A stretch of DNA of 63,860 nt, filler included, from Basidiobolus ranarum (Eukaryota): assembly GCA_040143965.1 (NCBI GenBank). It is 31 parts of 31 records of this genome, joined end to end, with 100 filler letters (N's around TTAATTAATTAA, not from the genome) between each part and the next. Parts side by side here need not be neighbours in the genome. Positions count along the whole stretch, not along the records: positions 10,354 to 12,321 come from JASJQH010003998.1; positions 12,422 to 14,389 come from JASJQH010003999.1; positions 14,490 to 16,457 come from JASJQH010004000.1; positions 16,558 to 18,524 come from JASJQH010004001.1; positions 18,625 to 20,591 come from JASJQH010004002.1; positions 20,692 to 22,657 come from JASJQH010004003.1; positions 22,758 to 24,722 come from JASJQH010004004.1; 24 more parts are not named here. One strand, 5' to 3'. The translations under genes were made by a program, and so were the position numbers. The notes beneath the pieces are model-generated. The model did not search any database. It was not told the DNA's origin and saw nothing but the letters and a program-made list of their open reading frames with translations. This document shows, in pieces, positions 12,206 to 24,822 of the stretch; position 1 is the first letter of the stretch, and every line of letters begins with the position of its first letter.

Positions 12206-12968
12206 AAAAACCGTCAAGAAGATGCTGTCTCACCATTAAAATACATGGCATAATGCAAGCCACTGATATTGAGATGGTACTCTGAAAGTTTTGCCAATCC
12301 AAAGGGTGGATCCAATCCAGANNNNNNNNNNNNNNNNNNNNNNNNNNNNNNNNNNNNNNNNNNNNTTAATTAATTAANNNNNNNNNNNNNNNNNNNNNNN
12401 NNNNNNNNNNNNNNNNNNNNNAATATGCAACGGTTCCGAATTTTGCAAGATTATAGATTAATGTGTCTCTGATTTGCTCTTCTCTGGAGATGTTAATCTG
12501 AAGTGAAGTTGAACCTATTGAAGTATATAGATAAATTGGGGGAAAGTCATATAATCAAATCCTCTAAGGATTTTTACCTGTGACATATGAGCTTTCATCG
12601 AATATCATTCGAGAAAATCAAATCACCGTTCAACCTGGAAAAAGTACATTAACAAGATGAATAGATTCAATCATTCCTGGGAGGAAATATGACTTTTACT
12701 GTATATTCTATTGCAAGGTATTTTTTAATTATAAGTACTTTGGGCGGAGGTCATAATAAGGATAAGCTTTACTCATACAGAATGGAATGAAATGAAGCTG
12801 AGTTTCTCATTGTATTCTTCATCATTACCTTGACTTTCGTAAGAACTTATGAGACATTCAGTTACCACCTACACAAATCAGAGTAGCGTAATGCTAAATA
12901 CATCTTGACTCATCAATGCAATGCAATACAATACGATACACTATATACGAGCCAAGCAAAAAGAACCG

Positions 12969-13008
12969 TGCTTCCGCTCGGGATCGAACCGAGGACCTTG
13001 TCCGTGTG
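12969..13008 (-). pseudogene. 3' half of a tRNA (probably Val) fused to copia RT
   Basis: Minus strand CACAC-GGACA-AGGTC-CTCGG-TTCGATC-CCGAG-CGGAAGC-A, then a T-run. The 5' half is replaced by copia RT sequence. Confidence 0.8.
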
Positions 13009-14117
13009 GGATCTCAATGTGAAATTAATTAAGATTTCATCCAATTTGGCCCAAACTGACTCAAATCAAAGCCAGGAGTTCCCTTAAGAATCCATGGTTG
13101 GTAGTTTAATGTATACAATGTTTGCATCCAGACATTGCTGTGGCAGTGGGAACTGTCAGCCAATACCTCAAAAATCCAGGATCTGAGCATAAAACTGCAA
13201 TAAAACATATATTCAGGTATTTGAGAGGTACTGTAGATCTAGTTCTGGAATTCTCTGCCACTCCTGGTGCACAAAATTTTGAAGGCTACAGTGATGCAGA
13301 CTGGGGAAGAAACCTTGATGATTGATGATCAACAACTGGATACATTTTTCTCTATGGTAATGAAGCCGTACCTTGGAAGAGTAAGAAGCAACCAACCATA
13401 GCACTTTCTGCTATAGAAGCAGAATATATGGCTACCTCTGCTACTACACAAGAAGCTATGTGGTTAACAAAGTTATTTACAGACTTAGGATACATGTAAA
13501 AACATGCTATTACTGTATTTGAAGAAAATCAAAGTGGTATTTCATTATTCAAAAACCTTACATTTCATGCTAGAACAAAACATATAGATATTAGGCATCA
13601 TTATGTTAGAGAAGTAATAGAGAATGTTATAATTGAACTTGTCTATTGCCCTACTGAAGAAAAGATAGCTGATATCTCAACCAAACCTTTAGCTAAAGCA
13701 CAATTTGAATTATTAAGATATAAGTTAGGTTTAAGAGAAATACAAAATAATTTGTTGAGTGGGAATGTAGAAATTAGGTAAATAGCAACTCATTATTTAG
13801 TAGCTAGTTAATTCATATTCTGATTATGTAGCACTCAATTATGTCATTCAAAAACATGTGTCTATTGCTCTAATTGATAGAAAGATCAATAAAATCACTT
13901 TTACCAATTTTGACTATTTTCTCAAAACTTCTCCAAATCACCTCAAATTTTCACCTATGCTTAACAGACATATTTGTTATGATCTAAGCACATCCAATAG
14001 TCCTACTTCATAGTAAACTATAAATAGGACATATTCCATTCAATAAAACTTAAGTGTCTAATTCACAAATCCAAATCTTGTCCAAAACACTTCCAAATCC
14101 CCTAAACACTTTTATCA
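13009..14117 (+). mobile_element. Copia family A 3' end: RT/RNase H, PPT, 3' LTR (13766-14117)
   Basis: PDIAVAVG, GYSDADWG and HIDIRHH motifs; GAGTGGGAA purine tract; LTR ends TTTATCA and abuts CACTA-like sequence. Confidence 0.92.
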
Positions 14118-14489
14118 AAATTAGCATTCAAGTGATAATTGTATAAAATCTGAGTTAGGCTTTTTGCACATGTGTTGATCCATAGTTCTCTGAGATTGTA
14201 GCCAATCATGTGCAACTATTCTGCAAGATCTTGAAATTTCACTCCTGAAACTGAAACATATTCTTAAAATCAATTCTAACTTGATTTTTTTATGATGGTA
14301 AGTTAAGTGTCAATTTCAAATGGACTAATATTGTGACTGTTTTCCTATGATAACAATCCTCTACTCTCTGTTAGGGCTTAGGAAACACTNNNNNNNNNNN
14401 NNNNNNNNNNNNNNNNNNNNNNNNNNNNNNNNNTTAATTAATTAANNNNNNNNNNNNNNNNNNNNNNNNNNNNNNNNNNNNNNNNNNNN

Positions 14490-15110
14490 GGCCTCGTCAT
14501 CCAACAATCTCTCTAATCCAGTGATTTGTAGGGCAGCACTCAAGGTAGAGAAATGATATGGTCTTTTGAACAGAATCTCCGAAGCACCTACTGGTGGAAT
14601 AAGAATCTCATCTACCGCATGAATCACTCCATTGTCAGCCTCGATATCAGTTTCTTGAAGTAAAATCTCACTGTTAAGGTAAATCTTATTGTTCTTGTTT
14701 ACCACTCGAATTTTCTGTTCTTCCCCATTTAAGCTACGTAATTCAAGTTGAGTAGGAAGTAATTTTACTCGACGAAGGGTTGCAGAATCAACGAACAAAG
14801 GGGTGAAGTGGTATTTCCATATATCTTCGGTATTTCCGTGTGGATAACGTCCCTTGAAATCCTCTCGCAATCTTTCGTAAGCCTCGTTTGTTGGGGCAAA
14901 CACTGTCACTTCTTGTCTTGGATCGTCTAAATCATCAGTTAGTCCACGATTCTTTGAAAGGGAATCCAGAAATTTGGAAAATCTTCTATCTTGAGATAAA
15001 ACGTCAATCACACTAACTCCTCGACGTTCTCTACCTCGGACAGAACTAGGATACGCGGAAACGGAAACGGTGGCAACCGATAGAATGGTTAAAAGTAATC
15101 CAGAACGCAT
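14490..15110 (-). CDS. Secreted fasciclin (FAS1) domain protein, 5' part
   Basis: Signal-peptide-like MRSGLLLTILSVATVSVSA; FAS1 motifs VTVFAPTNEAY, YH and ADNGVIHAVDEILIPP. A second FAS1 domain begins (FSTLSAALQITGL) before the contig ends. Confidence 0.93.
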
Positions 15111-15978
15111 GCTTTGAAATGGGCCTACTTGAATTGGGTTATGAAAGGAATAGGATTCGATTACTACGGGTCCTTTATATCTGAAATCATGCCTACTTCT
15201 CACCCCCTACGGCTAGCTAAGCCACCACTTACGTTGCTTACATTCCCTCCTATTAGGTTCATGGTACTAGTAGGATGACAAAAGATTCCCTTTTAAATGC
15301 CGGTTCCTTTACTTGGATCGATAGTGGAGTGGCTTAGACAATCTCCGGTCTTTGGAGTTGGCTGAAGTGAGATTCATTGTTTGGAATAGAAATGAAATTC
15401 ACCTGAAGACAATACCGATCAGATAGTGTATAGATTGGAAAGGGATCGAGCACGTCATCCGATGGGATAATTTAGAGTTATATGTCTGAGTTCATAGCGA
15501 ACCATTGGAATTCTGTGAACAGGTAACATCTAGTTGGGATATTCTCTGGAACTCACACTTCTATTTATTGCTTTGGAATCTTCTGTTGGGTCAGAGAATT
15601 CTAACTATAAAGATAATCCGATAATACACAAACACGTGTCCTCAACCGCTTAGACTGCTGTAATATGGGTGACTGTTATCGACATGCCAGCATTCATGAG
15701 AACTTTGTCTATGCGCTAAGAGATATGCAAGGATTGGTTTCAAAGTAGCTACCCCTTCACTATCTGTCATACATGTTTAATCACACAAACGTATATAAAT
15801 AAATCCATTACAGTGAGAGCCATCCACGCTACCATCAGCAGCAAAGGGAAAAATACATTCACATTCCTAACACCCACACACACCCCTAAATAATTGTTGT
15901 GGACAAAACTCCAAAATACGTAATCTGCACCTGATGTGGATCCACTATAACTAGTATTCACACTCGGTCGTACCAAAT

Positions 15979-16457
15979 CTATCCAAGAATCGGCAAAAAC
16001 TGAAATCAATCGTCAATATGGCGCAACGAATAAAAGCTCTATCATCAACGTGACTTACATTCCCAACGATAGCTAGAGGAATATCGAAAATATCTCGCTT
16101 AAACGTGAAACAAAAGGCACATGGAACAGCCCGTCCTGAGGAACTTATCAGGGTGCATCGGGTCATCACTGACTGTTCAGAATTATCAAACGCATGAGTA
16201 GCAAATTTTTCCCAGTAATCTACCGCAGAATTGTGGTCCATGAGCTACAAAACAGTCTTGAGAATTGTCGAAGTCAAACGCAGTGCGATAAAGGAATCTT
16301 ACCTCGTAAATATACGTGGGTTTACTCAGAAGATCTTCTTTAGACCATTGAGTTAGCAATGAAAACTCTTTCCCGACTAAAGCAATTTGCCCTGTTCGTC
16401 GCCACAACACCGTGGGCGTTCCCGAAAAGCTAATCAACTTTTCAAACTCCTACAATA
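15979..16457 (-). CDS. C-terminal PAS-like region of an ERT1/RDS2 (AcuK/AcuM)-family gluconeogenesis transcription factor, partial and spliced
   Basis: [63 protein letters not shown] introns at 16245-16302 and 16000-16058. Confidence 0.88.
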
Positions 16458-16557
16458 NNNNNNNNNNNNNNNNNNNNNNNNNNNNNNNNNNNNNNNNNNN
16501 NTTAATTAATTAANNNNNNNNNNNNNNNNNNNNNNNNNNNNNNNNNNNNNNNNNNNN

Positions 16558-16837
16558 CAGCTCTCTCATGGTTGATACTGAAGACACGATCTTCCAATGG
16601 AATGTTTACAGGGCCCCACCAGATATCACCACTGGTGGACTTCTCTTCAACAATACGTTTGTCATTGGGACTTCTTCCGGTCTTCTTACCAGATGAGGTA
16701 ATAATAGCACCGGCTGAGCTGAGGTAAGTACCCTTCTCATACTGTAAGGCATGTTCATAGAGCTTAGAGACAGGAAGATTTCTAAGCACAGGCTTGGAAG
16801 AATCAATACCAGAAGAAGTATTCAAAGTGAAAGCCAT
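16558..16837 (-). CDS. PCK1: Phosphoenolpyruvate carboxykinase (ATP), N-terminal part (downstream copy)
   Basis: LYEHALQYEKG, SGKKTGRSPNDKRIV, IWWGPVN, F.INHERA. Confidence 0.95.
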
Positions 16838-17760
16838 TTTTAAAGTATGGAATCTCAGATAGGAGTTAAGGTATTATCCTTGGGGGCTAAGTATTTTATA
16901 TGAATATTCAGCCCTCCATTCTTTGGATTTCTGTCTCAGATTAGTGGCCATTAATGATGACAGCAAGTTGTATTACCCAAAAGTTAGCGACAATTTCCAT
17001 TTTATCTGAGCATTACTGTTGTTTCATAATATTCAGGAGCTAGCAGGTTCTCAGTCTTCATCCACTGTGAAACCCATTAATTGTGTTGGCTAACTGTGTA
17101 CCACGTAATTTGGCTTTACTACTCGAATTCACACTTTGGCATTTCCGTAAAGCTCCGTGTTTCATGAAAGTTGGTGAATTATTCAGTAATGCCAAGGTAT
17201 ATACTGCACGTTGTTTAATATAGAAATTTTCGTTGACATGCAGACTGTCCAATTTATTAGCATTGTGCAATTTTGGTAGTATATTAAGGTAAAATTCATC
17301 CCCAAATTGACGATATCCGGTCACTTAATATGATAAAGTGGAAATATAGAATATAATCTAATCATCTTGATAAGATAAATTATTATCGGTATTACTATTT
17401 TACGACAAATATTGGGGGGCCCGTCAAAGTTTAGGGTTTTGAGGTGGTGGTGATACATATTGCATGATGATGATCGTATATTATTCAATTATGAATATCC
17501 TATCGTGTGAGCTTTCAATCCGTAACTATTCGAGATTGAAATTTCATATGACAAAGAAACCAAGATCCAAATTGAATGTATTTTACTGATATCATATGAA
17601 AGCTATTTCGAAATTTCTGAACTCAATCTTACCAATAGGGAAGAGTGATGGTACACGTATCGTAATGACTAGGAAGTCCATTTCACCAGTATAATCCGAA
17701 CACCGGCAAGAAAATCAATACACCTCTTGAATATCCAAAGCAACCGCACCTTAGCATCCT

Positions 17761-17773
17761 CCGATTTAGTCCG
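17761..17773. promoter_or_regulatory. CCG-N7-CCG candidate zinc-cluster (AcuK/AcuM-type) site upstream of PEPCK
   Basis: CCGATTTAGTCCG about 0.93 kb upstream of ATG 16837. Matches the CCGN7CCG motif described for Aspergillus AcuK/AcuM. Confidence 0.35.
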
Positions 17774-18212
17774 ATCATCGGGGGAATTCGTTAATGCCAA
17801 TCCCACGCCGTATCACAATTACCATTAAGAGATTCTCCGCAAATAGTGGCTGTCAGAATTGAATATCATTTCAAGATACCGTGCTACTTACCTATCATAC
17901 CCAGTTTCAGTAATTCACTGCCCGACATTACCGGCCCATCAATGTCTTCCGTAAACCGGCTGTGTCAGTCATAAAAGTGAGATCTTCATGCTTTGAAATC
18001 CTACATCGACTAATATATAATACTATTCAAAAAATATGAACTAAAGAGCTAGAACGTCTCATTTGACAACTATCACTTAGTGTGAAACAAATGAAGCTAA
18101 GGCTTTTGAAGTACATTGCAGAATATGATTCAGTAAGTTTTATTTATGCAAATGGAATAAGTAAATTCAAAATATTTAGGAAATGTGATGCGAAAGTTAG
18201 TTTACATTAGGT

Positions 18213-18524
18213 TTACAATTGAGGTCCAGCAGCAATGATTTCTGGAGTAGCTTGATCGGCGTACAACTGGAAGTTCTCGTTGAAGAGACCAGCGAGTTTC
18301 TCCACTGTGGCTACATATGACTCCTTGGTACCCTTCCAGGCTGCTGAGGGGTTCAAAACTTCATTAGGAACATTGCTGACTCCCTTAGGGATCTCAATGT
18401 TGAAAATAGGATAGTTCTCGAACTCAGCTTGGGCAAGTTCACCGTTATGGATGGCGTCAATGATAGCACGAGAGTACTTCAATGAGATACGAGATCCAAC
18501 ACCATAAGCACCTCCGTTCCATCC
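18213..18524 (-). CDS. PCK1: Phosphoenolpyruvate carboxykinase (ATP), C-terminal part (upstream copy)
   Basis: GWNGGAYGVGSRISLKYSRAIIDAIHNGEL...VLNP..AW...LAGLFNENF...AAGPQL*. Confidence 0.95.
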   Translation of the reverse strand, partial: GWNGGAYGVGSRISLKYSRAIIDAIHNGELAQAEFENYPIFNIEIPKGVSNVPNEVLNPSAAWKGTKESYVATVEKLAGLFNENFQLYADQATPEIIAAGPQL

Positions 18525-18786
18525 NNNNNNNNNNNNNNNNNNNNNNNNNNNNNNNNNNNNNNNNNNNNTTAATTAATTAANNNNNNNNNNNNNNNNNNNN
18601 NNNNNNNNNNNNNNNNNNNNNNNNACTATTCTGCAAGATCTTGAAATTTCACTCCTGAAACTGAAAAAATTGATTAAAATCAATTTTAACTTGATGATTT
18701 TATGATGGTAAGTAAATGGTCAATTTCAAATGGACTAATATTGTGACGGTTTTCCTATGATAACAATCCTCTAATCTCTGTTAGGG

Positions 18787-20591
18787 CTTAGGAAACACTT
18801 AAGGGACTATGTGAGACTGAAGATCTGACTAAATGGCTACATCTTAGGTAAGTATTACTCTTAATTCAGATGAATTCTGTTCATTCTATGGCAAATCATA
18901 TAAATTAGATAAAAACAATGGCAGATTAGCTCTCATCCATTGGAGCACCTGTAAATGCTGATGACTTAGTCATTACACTACTTGGAAGCCTGCCAGACAA
19001 ATTTGGGAACCTCATAATTGCCTTAGAATCAGGATCAGAGCCATTAACAATCAAATGTGTTGGTGCTAGGCTTTTGAATGAGGAATTAAGGAGATCTAAT
19101 TCTTAGCAAAATAACACAGATCAGGCAATTTTTGGTGCTGTTAAGTGTCAAACAGAATTCAACCATGGTGCCCCTAATGGGAAATCCAGCATCAGCAAGT
19201 ATTGCAAGAAGCCAGGCCAGTTAATCAAAGATTGCAGAAAATGGATTTTGTTAAAAAGCTATAATCAGAACAAGCTAATCAAGTAAGCACTCATAGGGAT
19301 CATCTATTTGTGTCTGCCTATAAGTAATCACCAAGGAAAGCTCAGAAACATAACATATTGATTCAGCAGCTTCCCAGCATATGTCAATTGTGACAGATTG
19401 GTTTTCCAGCTTAAAACTCATCCAAACAAGGAAAGTCTACTGTGATGAAGACTATGCACTTGGTGCAGTTGATAATGGCACAGTGGTGCCTAATATAGAC
19501 CAACACTCAGCTATGCCATATGCAAAATTGGATGATACATTCTATGTATTAAATATAGCCAAGAAGCTAGTCTCAGTAAGCAAAGCACAAATTCAGGGAC
19601 TAAACTTTGTGCTCAGCAAGCCTAAATGCACTATCATAGAACTGAAAAATTCCTAAATAGCTACCAGGTTCAAAACTGAAGATTTGTACAAGCTAGAAAT
19701 CAACACAGTGCAGTTTGAGCATGCAAACCTAGCTAGAACCAGCGAAATAAGCCATCAAATAATGGCATAGAAGAGGACAGCACATTGAGCATCAAAAACT
19801 ACCCAAATGATCCAAAATCAGTTTTTATTAGGCTCAGAAATTGAAAATATCACTAAATTAGATTTCTGTGGGGGGTGCACATATGGAAAACATCATACAC
19901 AGCTGATTTGAAGATGTGGAGAGGTTGAAACACTCAGAATTTTACCCTGTTTCATTGTGACCAATATGGCCTCATGAAAAACCTCTCATTAGGTGGCATA
20001 AGGTCCTGCTGACCATTATTGATGACAAAAGAAGATAAACTAATCAGCATAATGCATAATTGCAGCTTAAAATGCTCCAGATTGGAAACCACAAGCAGAA
20101 AATGCATATAGCTTGGTTACTGTGATGGATCTAAGGCCTACAGACTGTTTCATACCAAAAATCAGAAGTTAATTAAGTGCAGAGATGTGATTATTGATCA
20201 AAAATAAATTTTTTCATCCCATATCACAGTTCTTGAACAAGAAGCCACAATCAGCAATATTAAGGAAGTGTCTGAGAAACCCCACTGTATCTTGGCCCAG
20301 TTCAACAAAAATTCCAGCTCCTGGTAAATCAGAGATTGATTCAGGACCTGGAAGATCACCTTGAAGGAGAAATAAGCCAGGGAGCTGGTGGAACACTTCC
20401 AAGGATGTTGTGTATGTTGAATTTAGGTAAATAGCAACTCATTATTCAGTGTTATTTTATACATATTATGATTATTTAGTACTCAATTCTATCATTCAAA
20501 AACATGTGTTTATTGCTCTAATTGATAGAAATATCAATTAGGTCACTTTTACCAATTTTCACTATTTTCTCAAAACTTCTCAAAATCATCT
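18787..20591 (+). mobile_element. Copia family A gag-protease-partial integrase, degenerate, with LTR-A from 20415
   Basis: Homologous to 5295-6110. Decayed zinc knuckle (KYCKKPG), IDSAASQHM and LGYCDGSKAYRL motifs. Confidence 0.88.
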
Positions 20592-20691
20592 NNNNNNNNN
20601 NNNNNNNNNNNNNNNNNNNNNNNNNNNNNNNNNNNTTAATTAATTAANNNNNNNNNNNNNNNNNNNNNNNNNNNNNNNNNNNNNNNNNNNN

Positions 20692-22388
20692 AAATTGATT
20701 CTATTTTTGTCAGGGATAGTTGATGTTCTTTTCCTTTTGCAATATATCCCTCTGGCTGATCCATGTATATAACTTCATCAATTTCTCCATTAAGCAATGC
20801 TGTCTTGACATCCATTTGTTCAATCAGCATTCCTTGGTGGGTAGTAATTGCTAGGGTTACACTAATTGAGGTAAACTTAGCAATGGGAGAAAATGTTTCA
20901 TCATAGTCAATGCCATGTTTCTGAGCATTACCTTTTGCTACTAATCTAGCTTTTTATTGGTTGATAGATCCATCTGAGTTAAGTTTCAGATTCAGCACCT
21001 ATCTATTACCAACAGTTTTTCTTCCAGTAGGTAAGTCTGCCGGGATACATGTATTATTATTGAGTAGGGAGTGAATTTCATCAGCAGTGGCTTTTCTCCA
21101 TTCTGTCACTTCATCAGATTTGAGCACTTTTGTCAAATTTTCTGGTTCAGAAAATGCTATATGTGCAGATATATTCCATCCTTTTTCTGAATTGAAATTG
21201 TTGATTTCATGCTCTGATTTGAGACATCCAAAGGCCTTGGTAGAATGGTCAGATGTTTTACTTACAGGATGTTTCTGATTTCCACTTGGTAGGAATTCTG
21301 AGACCTGATTACCTGAATTTTATGACTGATTGAGTAATTGTTGTGATTGATTGAATACTTCCAATAATTGATTGCATTCAATATCAGCCAAATTGAGAGT
21401 AGGATATTTCTTAGGTATGTGATTGGTCAGAAATTTATTGCCTGGTTTATGACCCCAATTTCCTGATTCCTGATTGACTGGAAAAGTATTCTTTTTTTGA
21501 TAAACATATTTTTCATTGGCAGAGATAGTATGCTGATTTCCAGAAGCTGAATCCTAGTTATCAGTATCCTCAGAGTAATTATCAGGTTTTCTAGTATAAA
21601 TTGGTGCATCTTCAGTGCTGCCTAATGTTTCACTACTTGTATAGCTACTTGATTCCAGAATATCATATAATAGTTTGTTCTCCTTAGTTTCAGTACTTGT
21701 AGTGAAGTTGAGACAGGATTTTTGCTTGTTGGTTTTCTGCTAGCAATATTCACCATAGGGGTTGCTAATGATTTGAGCTTTGTCATATAATCATTAGTGG
21801 CTGATATTTTAGACCTCATCCCAGATGTAATCTTTTCCAAATTTGGATAATGTTGATAGAGAATTTCTCATTCCAAACATGGCCTAATTCCAGTATCTAT
21901 TTCCAATTTATCATTTTCCTAGTTGGTTTCAGTACTTGTTAGCTTAAGATTGGTTTTAGAACTTGTTAACTCAGAACTTGAGTTGTTGAGAAATTGATTT
22001 TCAGCCAACATCAAATTCTCTTGATTAGAAGATTTGAGATTTTCTTCAATGAATATGGTATCTCTGGAGTTGATGATTTGATTTGTGCCAGCAATTAGGA
22101 GCTGGTAGTCTTTGTTCTGATATCCTAATAGGATACATTTTATTGCCTTTTTGTTCAATTTCCTATGCTGAGGTTTAGGAATATGAGCATTTACAATTGA
22201 TCCAAAAATTCTGAGATAATTTGGATAATCCTTGTTTCCAGTCCAGATTTCAATAGGAGTTTTAGAGTCATGGTTGCTATGTGTTGGACTTCTATTTTGA
22301 AGATATGTAGCTGTTAAAATAGCTTCACCCCAATAGGTCTTAGGCAGATCTGAATCAATCAGCATTGTATGTGCTTTCACTACTAAAG
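20692..22388 (-). pseudogene. Copia integrase C-terminus, linker and RT N-terminus
   Basis: YWGEAILTATYLQNRSPT, KAIKCILLGY, QMDVKTALLNGEIDEVIYMDQPEGY. Cut at 22389 by gypsy LTR-E (TGTCATGATTC). Confidence 0.92.
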
Positions 22389-22758
22389 TGTCATGATTCT
22401 GATCTTGGCATATGGATCCACTGCAAATAGAGCTCTTCAATTTTTTGATTATGACATCATATCTGCTGTGCCATCCCTTCTTGGCAATCTGGTGTTAGTT
22501 CATCCAGATTACCTTATATGGAAGTCATGTTCTTTGAAACATTCCATGAAACCTAACCAATCATGTCATCCCACACATAGTATATTTCCACCAAGACCTT
22601 CCATGGAAGGTCACCTGATCATCCTTACATTATCCCTCTTTGTATTGGTCCTTGTAGNNNNNNNNNNNNNNNNNNNNNNNNNNNNNNNNNNNNNNNNNNN
22701 NTTAATTAATTAANNNNNNNNNNNNNNNNNNNNNNNNNNNNNNNNNNNNNNNNNNNNA

Positions 22759-23064
22759 CCATCCCGTATCACCGATACCATCATCTACGCTTCAGCAGCA
22801 GCCTTAGCAGATTCGTTGACTGAAGATGAACGCAAATCACACTTACTTTACCCTCGTATTGAACGTATTCGTGAAGTATCAGCAATAGTAGCAGCCGCTG
22901 TATGTCGTCAAGCAGTTAAAGATAATTTAGCCACTGAACCCAAGATTTTATCCATTTTACCGGTAGGTATTTCAGGAGAGATTGGTACACCAGCATGGAA
23001 TGAATTAATTCATCATGTGGAAAGTAATATGTGGGAACCAAAATATTCATCCATTTCTTCTTAA
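22759..23064 (+). CDS. Malic enzyme, C-terminal part
   Basis: PSRITDTIIYASAAALADSL...LLYPRIERIREVSAIVAAAVCRQAVKDNLA...MWEPKY, a typical malic-enzyme C-terminus. Confidence 0.9.
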   Translation, partial: PSRITDTIIYASAAALADSLTEDERKSHLLYPRIERIREVSAIVAAAVCRQAVKDNLATEPKILSILPVGISGEIGTPAWNELIHHVESNMWEPKYSSISS

Positions 23065-23496
23065 CCGATGATACCTGAATCGAATTCATTCTAATATTAT
23101 ATTTATACTTAAAACTCCCTCTAAATCCATTTTCATTTTCATATTCATACTCTCATGTAAATTTTTTTCATTTATCTCGTTTGTCTTCTTTTTCATTAAA
23201 TCAATATATTCCATTAAATTTCAATGGATTATTTTCAATCGGATAAATTCATTTAAAATTGAATTGGAATTTTTTTTATGGTTACTATATCTAATACCAC
23301 CAATATATTTTAATATTGGCAAGCTTAGAAAGGATTCAGTCCGATGATAAAAAATACAATTGAAATAAATTTATTTGAATCTTTTTATTCTCTCTTTTTT
23401 TTACATTAACAAGTATAACTCATTAGTGTAAAAATAAATGAATATATGATAAATGTAATATGGGAATAGACAGATTCCCTTATAATTAGATATCTA

Positions 23497-23845
23497 TGTT
23501 AAAGTATTTTTGGAGCCTGTTGGAAGTGGTTTGAAGAATTAAAGAAATTAGTGGTTTTCAGTTAAGGATATATTGAGTTAAAAGTTGATGTTTGTAGTTT
23601 TTTCAAGATAAAAACAAAAAACCATTTAGAATGTGTTAAGAAAGGTTGCAGGAGCATGTGTGCCAAATTTGGTGATTCTAGCACAAGTTTGAAAAATCTA
23701 TATAACTGAGAACTTATAAGTTGTTAAAAATATTCTAGGTAAATTCTGATTATTAATAATGGGGGATATATTAGTTAAATATGATATAACTGAGTACTAA
23801 GCTATATATGAGTATATAAGTACCTGGCCAATACTAATCACAATA
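23497..23845 (-). repeat. LTR family B copy downstream of the malic enzyme gene
   Basis: Begins TGTTAAAGTATTTTTGGAGCCTGTTGG, the reverse complement of the LTR-B 3' end. Confidence 0.85.
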
Positions 23846-24055
23846 GCATCAATTTCTTTTTAACTCAAAGTATTTGCAAATTAAATACATTTTCAAAAAT
23901 TCCTATTTTCAATTACAAATCAAGTTAAATCTCTTAAAATCCAAGAGATATGCATGGAAATTCAAGAATTATGTCTCTGTATTGAATACTCAAAAATCTG
24001 GGCCTTAGTATTTTGTATTTGGTGAAATTTAATTGTCATATATAGTCTTATTATT

Positions 24056-24577
24056 TGTTGGAGCATCTTGACATGTTGGGGTAGATGTTGTGTATTAGAA
24101 TCAACTTATGATAGTGTGTTTTAGTTACTTTATTCTTAAAAGTATATGGTGACTTATATAGCTGAAAAACAAATCAATTGTTTGAGATATTCAGGGGTTT
24201 GTGTAATAAGATATAATAAAGAAATGGGGATAATAAGACATACTTGTTATTCAGATATAGAGATATTCCTACTTAAAATATAGGGGCTATAAATATGTTG
24301 CTTTCTGTTTCTGATATATGTATCATAACTAAAGTTGACTAAGATGTTGAATAAAGATTAATTATCCAACACCTTCACTTAATTCTTATTCAGCAGTGTG
24401 CTTATATTCACTAATGCCTATTCCTGCTCTTAACTTCTCAAAGCTTGAAGTTTTGAGTGGCTCTGCTAGTATATCTGCAGGCGTGTTTTCAGTATTATAA
24501 TAAATATAGTTCATTTCTTTGTCTTGAACTTTCTCTTGTATAAAATGATGTCATATGTCAATATGTTTCATCCTTGA
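24056..24577 (-). mobile_element. Copia family C RNase H end, PPT and 3' LTR (24056-24371)
   Basis: Minus strand SRMKHIDI.HHFIQEKVQDKE; purine tract GAATTAAGTGAAGG; LTR TGTTGGATAATT...CTCCAACA. Cut by CCCTAACA at 24578. Confidence 0.88.
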
Positions 24578-24822
24578 CCCTAACAGAAATTTGAGGATTG
24601 TTATTGTAGGAAAACCGTCACAATTTTAATCCATTTGGGGCTGACCAATTACATACCATCATAAAACCATCAAGCTAGATTTGATTTTAATCAATTTTTT
24701 CAGTCTCAGGAGGGAAATTTAANNNNNNNNNNNNNNNNNNNNNNNNNNNNNNNNNNNNNNNNNNNNTTAATTAATTAANNNNNNNNNNNNNNNNNNNNNN
24801 NNNNNNNNNNNNNNNNNNNNNN

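Noticed and set aside
15111-15203. Upstream extension of the fasciclin ORF (MRSRHDF...)
   Set aside because: It begins at a non-ATG codon; ATG 15110 directly precedes a signal peptide.
15979-23064. Apparent gluconeogenesis cluster (ERT1/AcuK-like factor, PEPCK, malic enzyme)
   Set aside because: The genes are on separate contigs ordered only by length, so proximity is coincidental.
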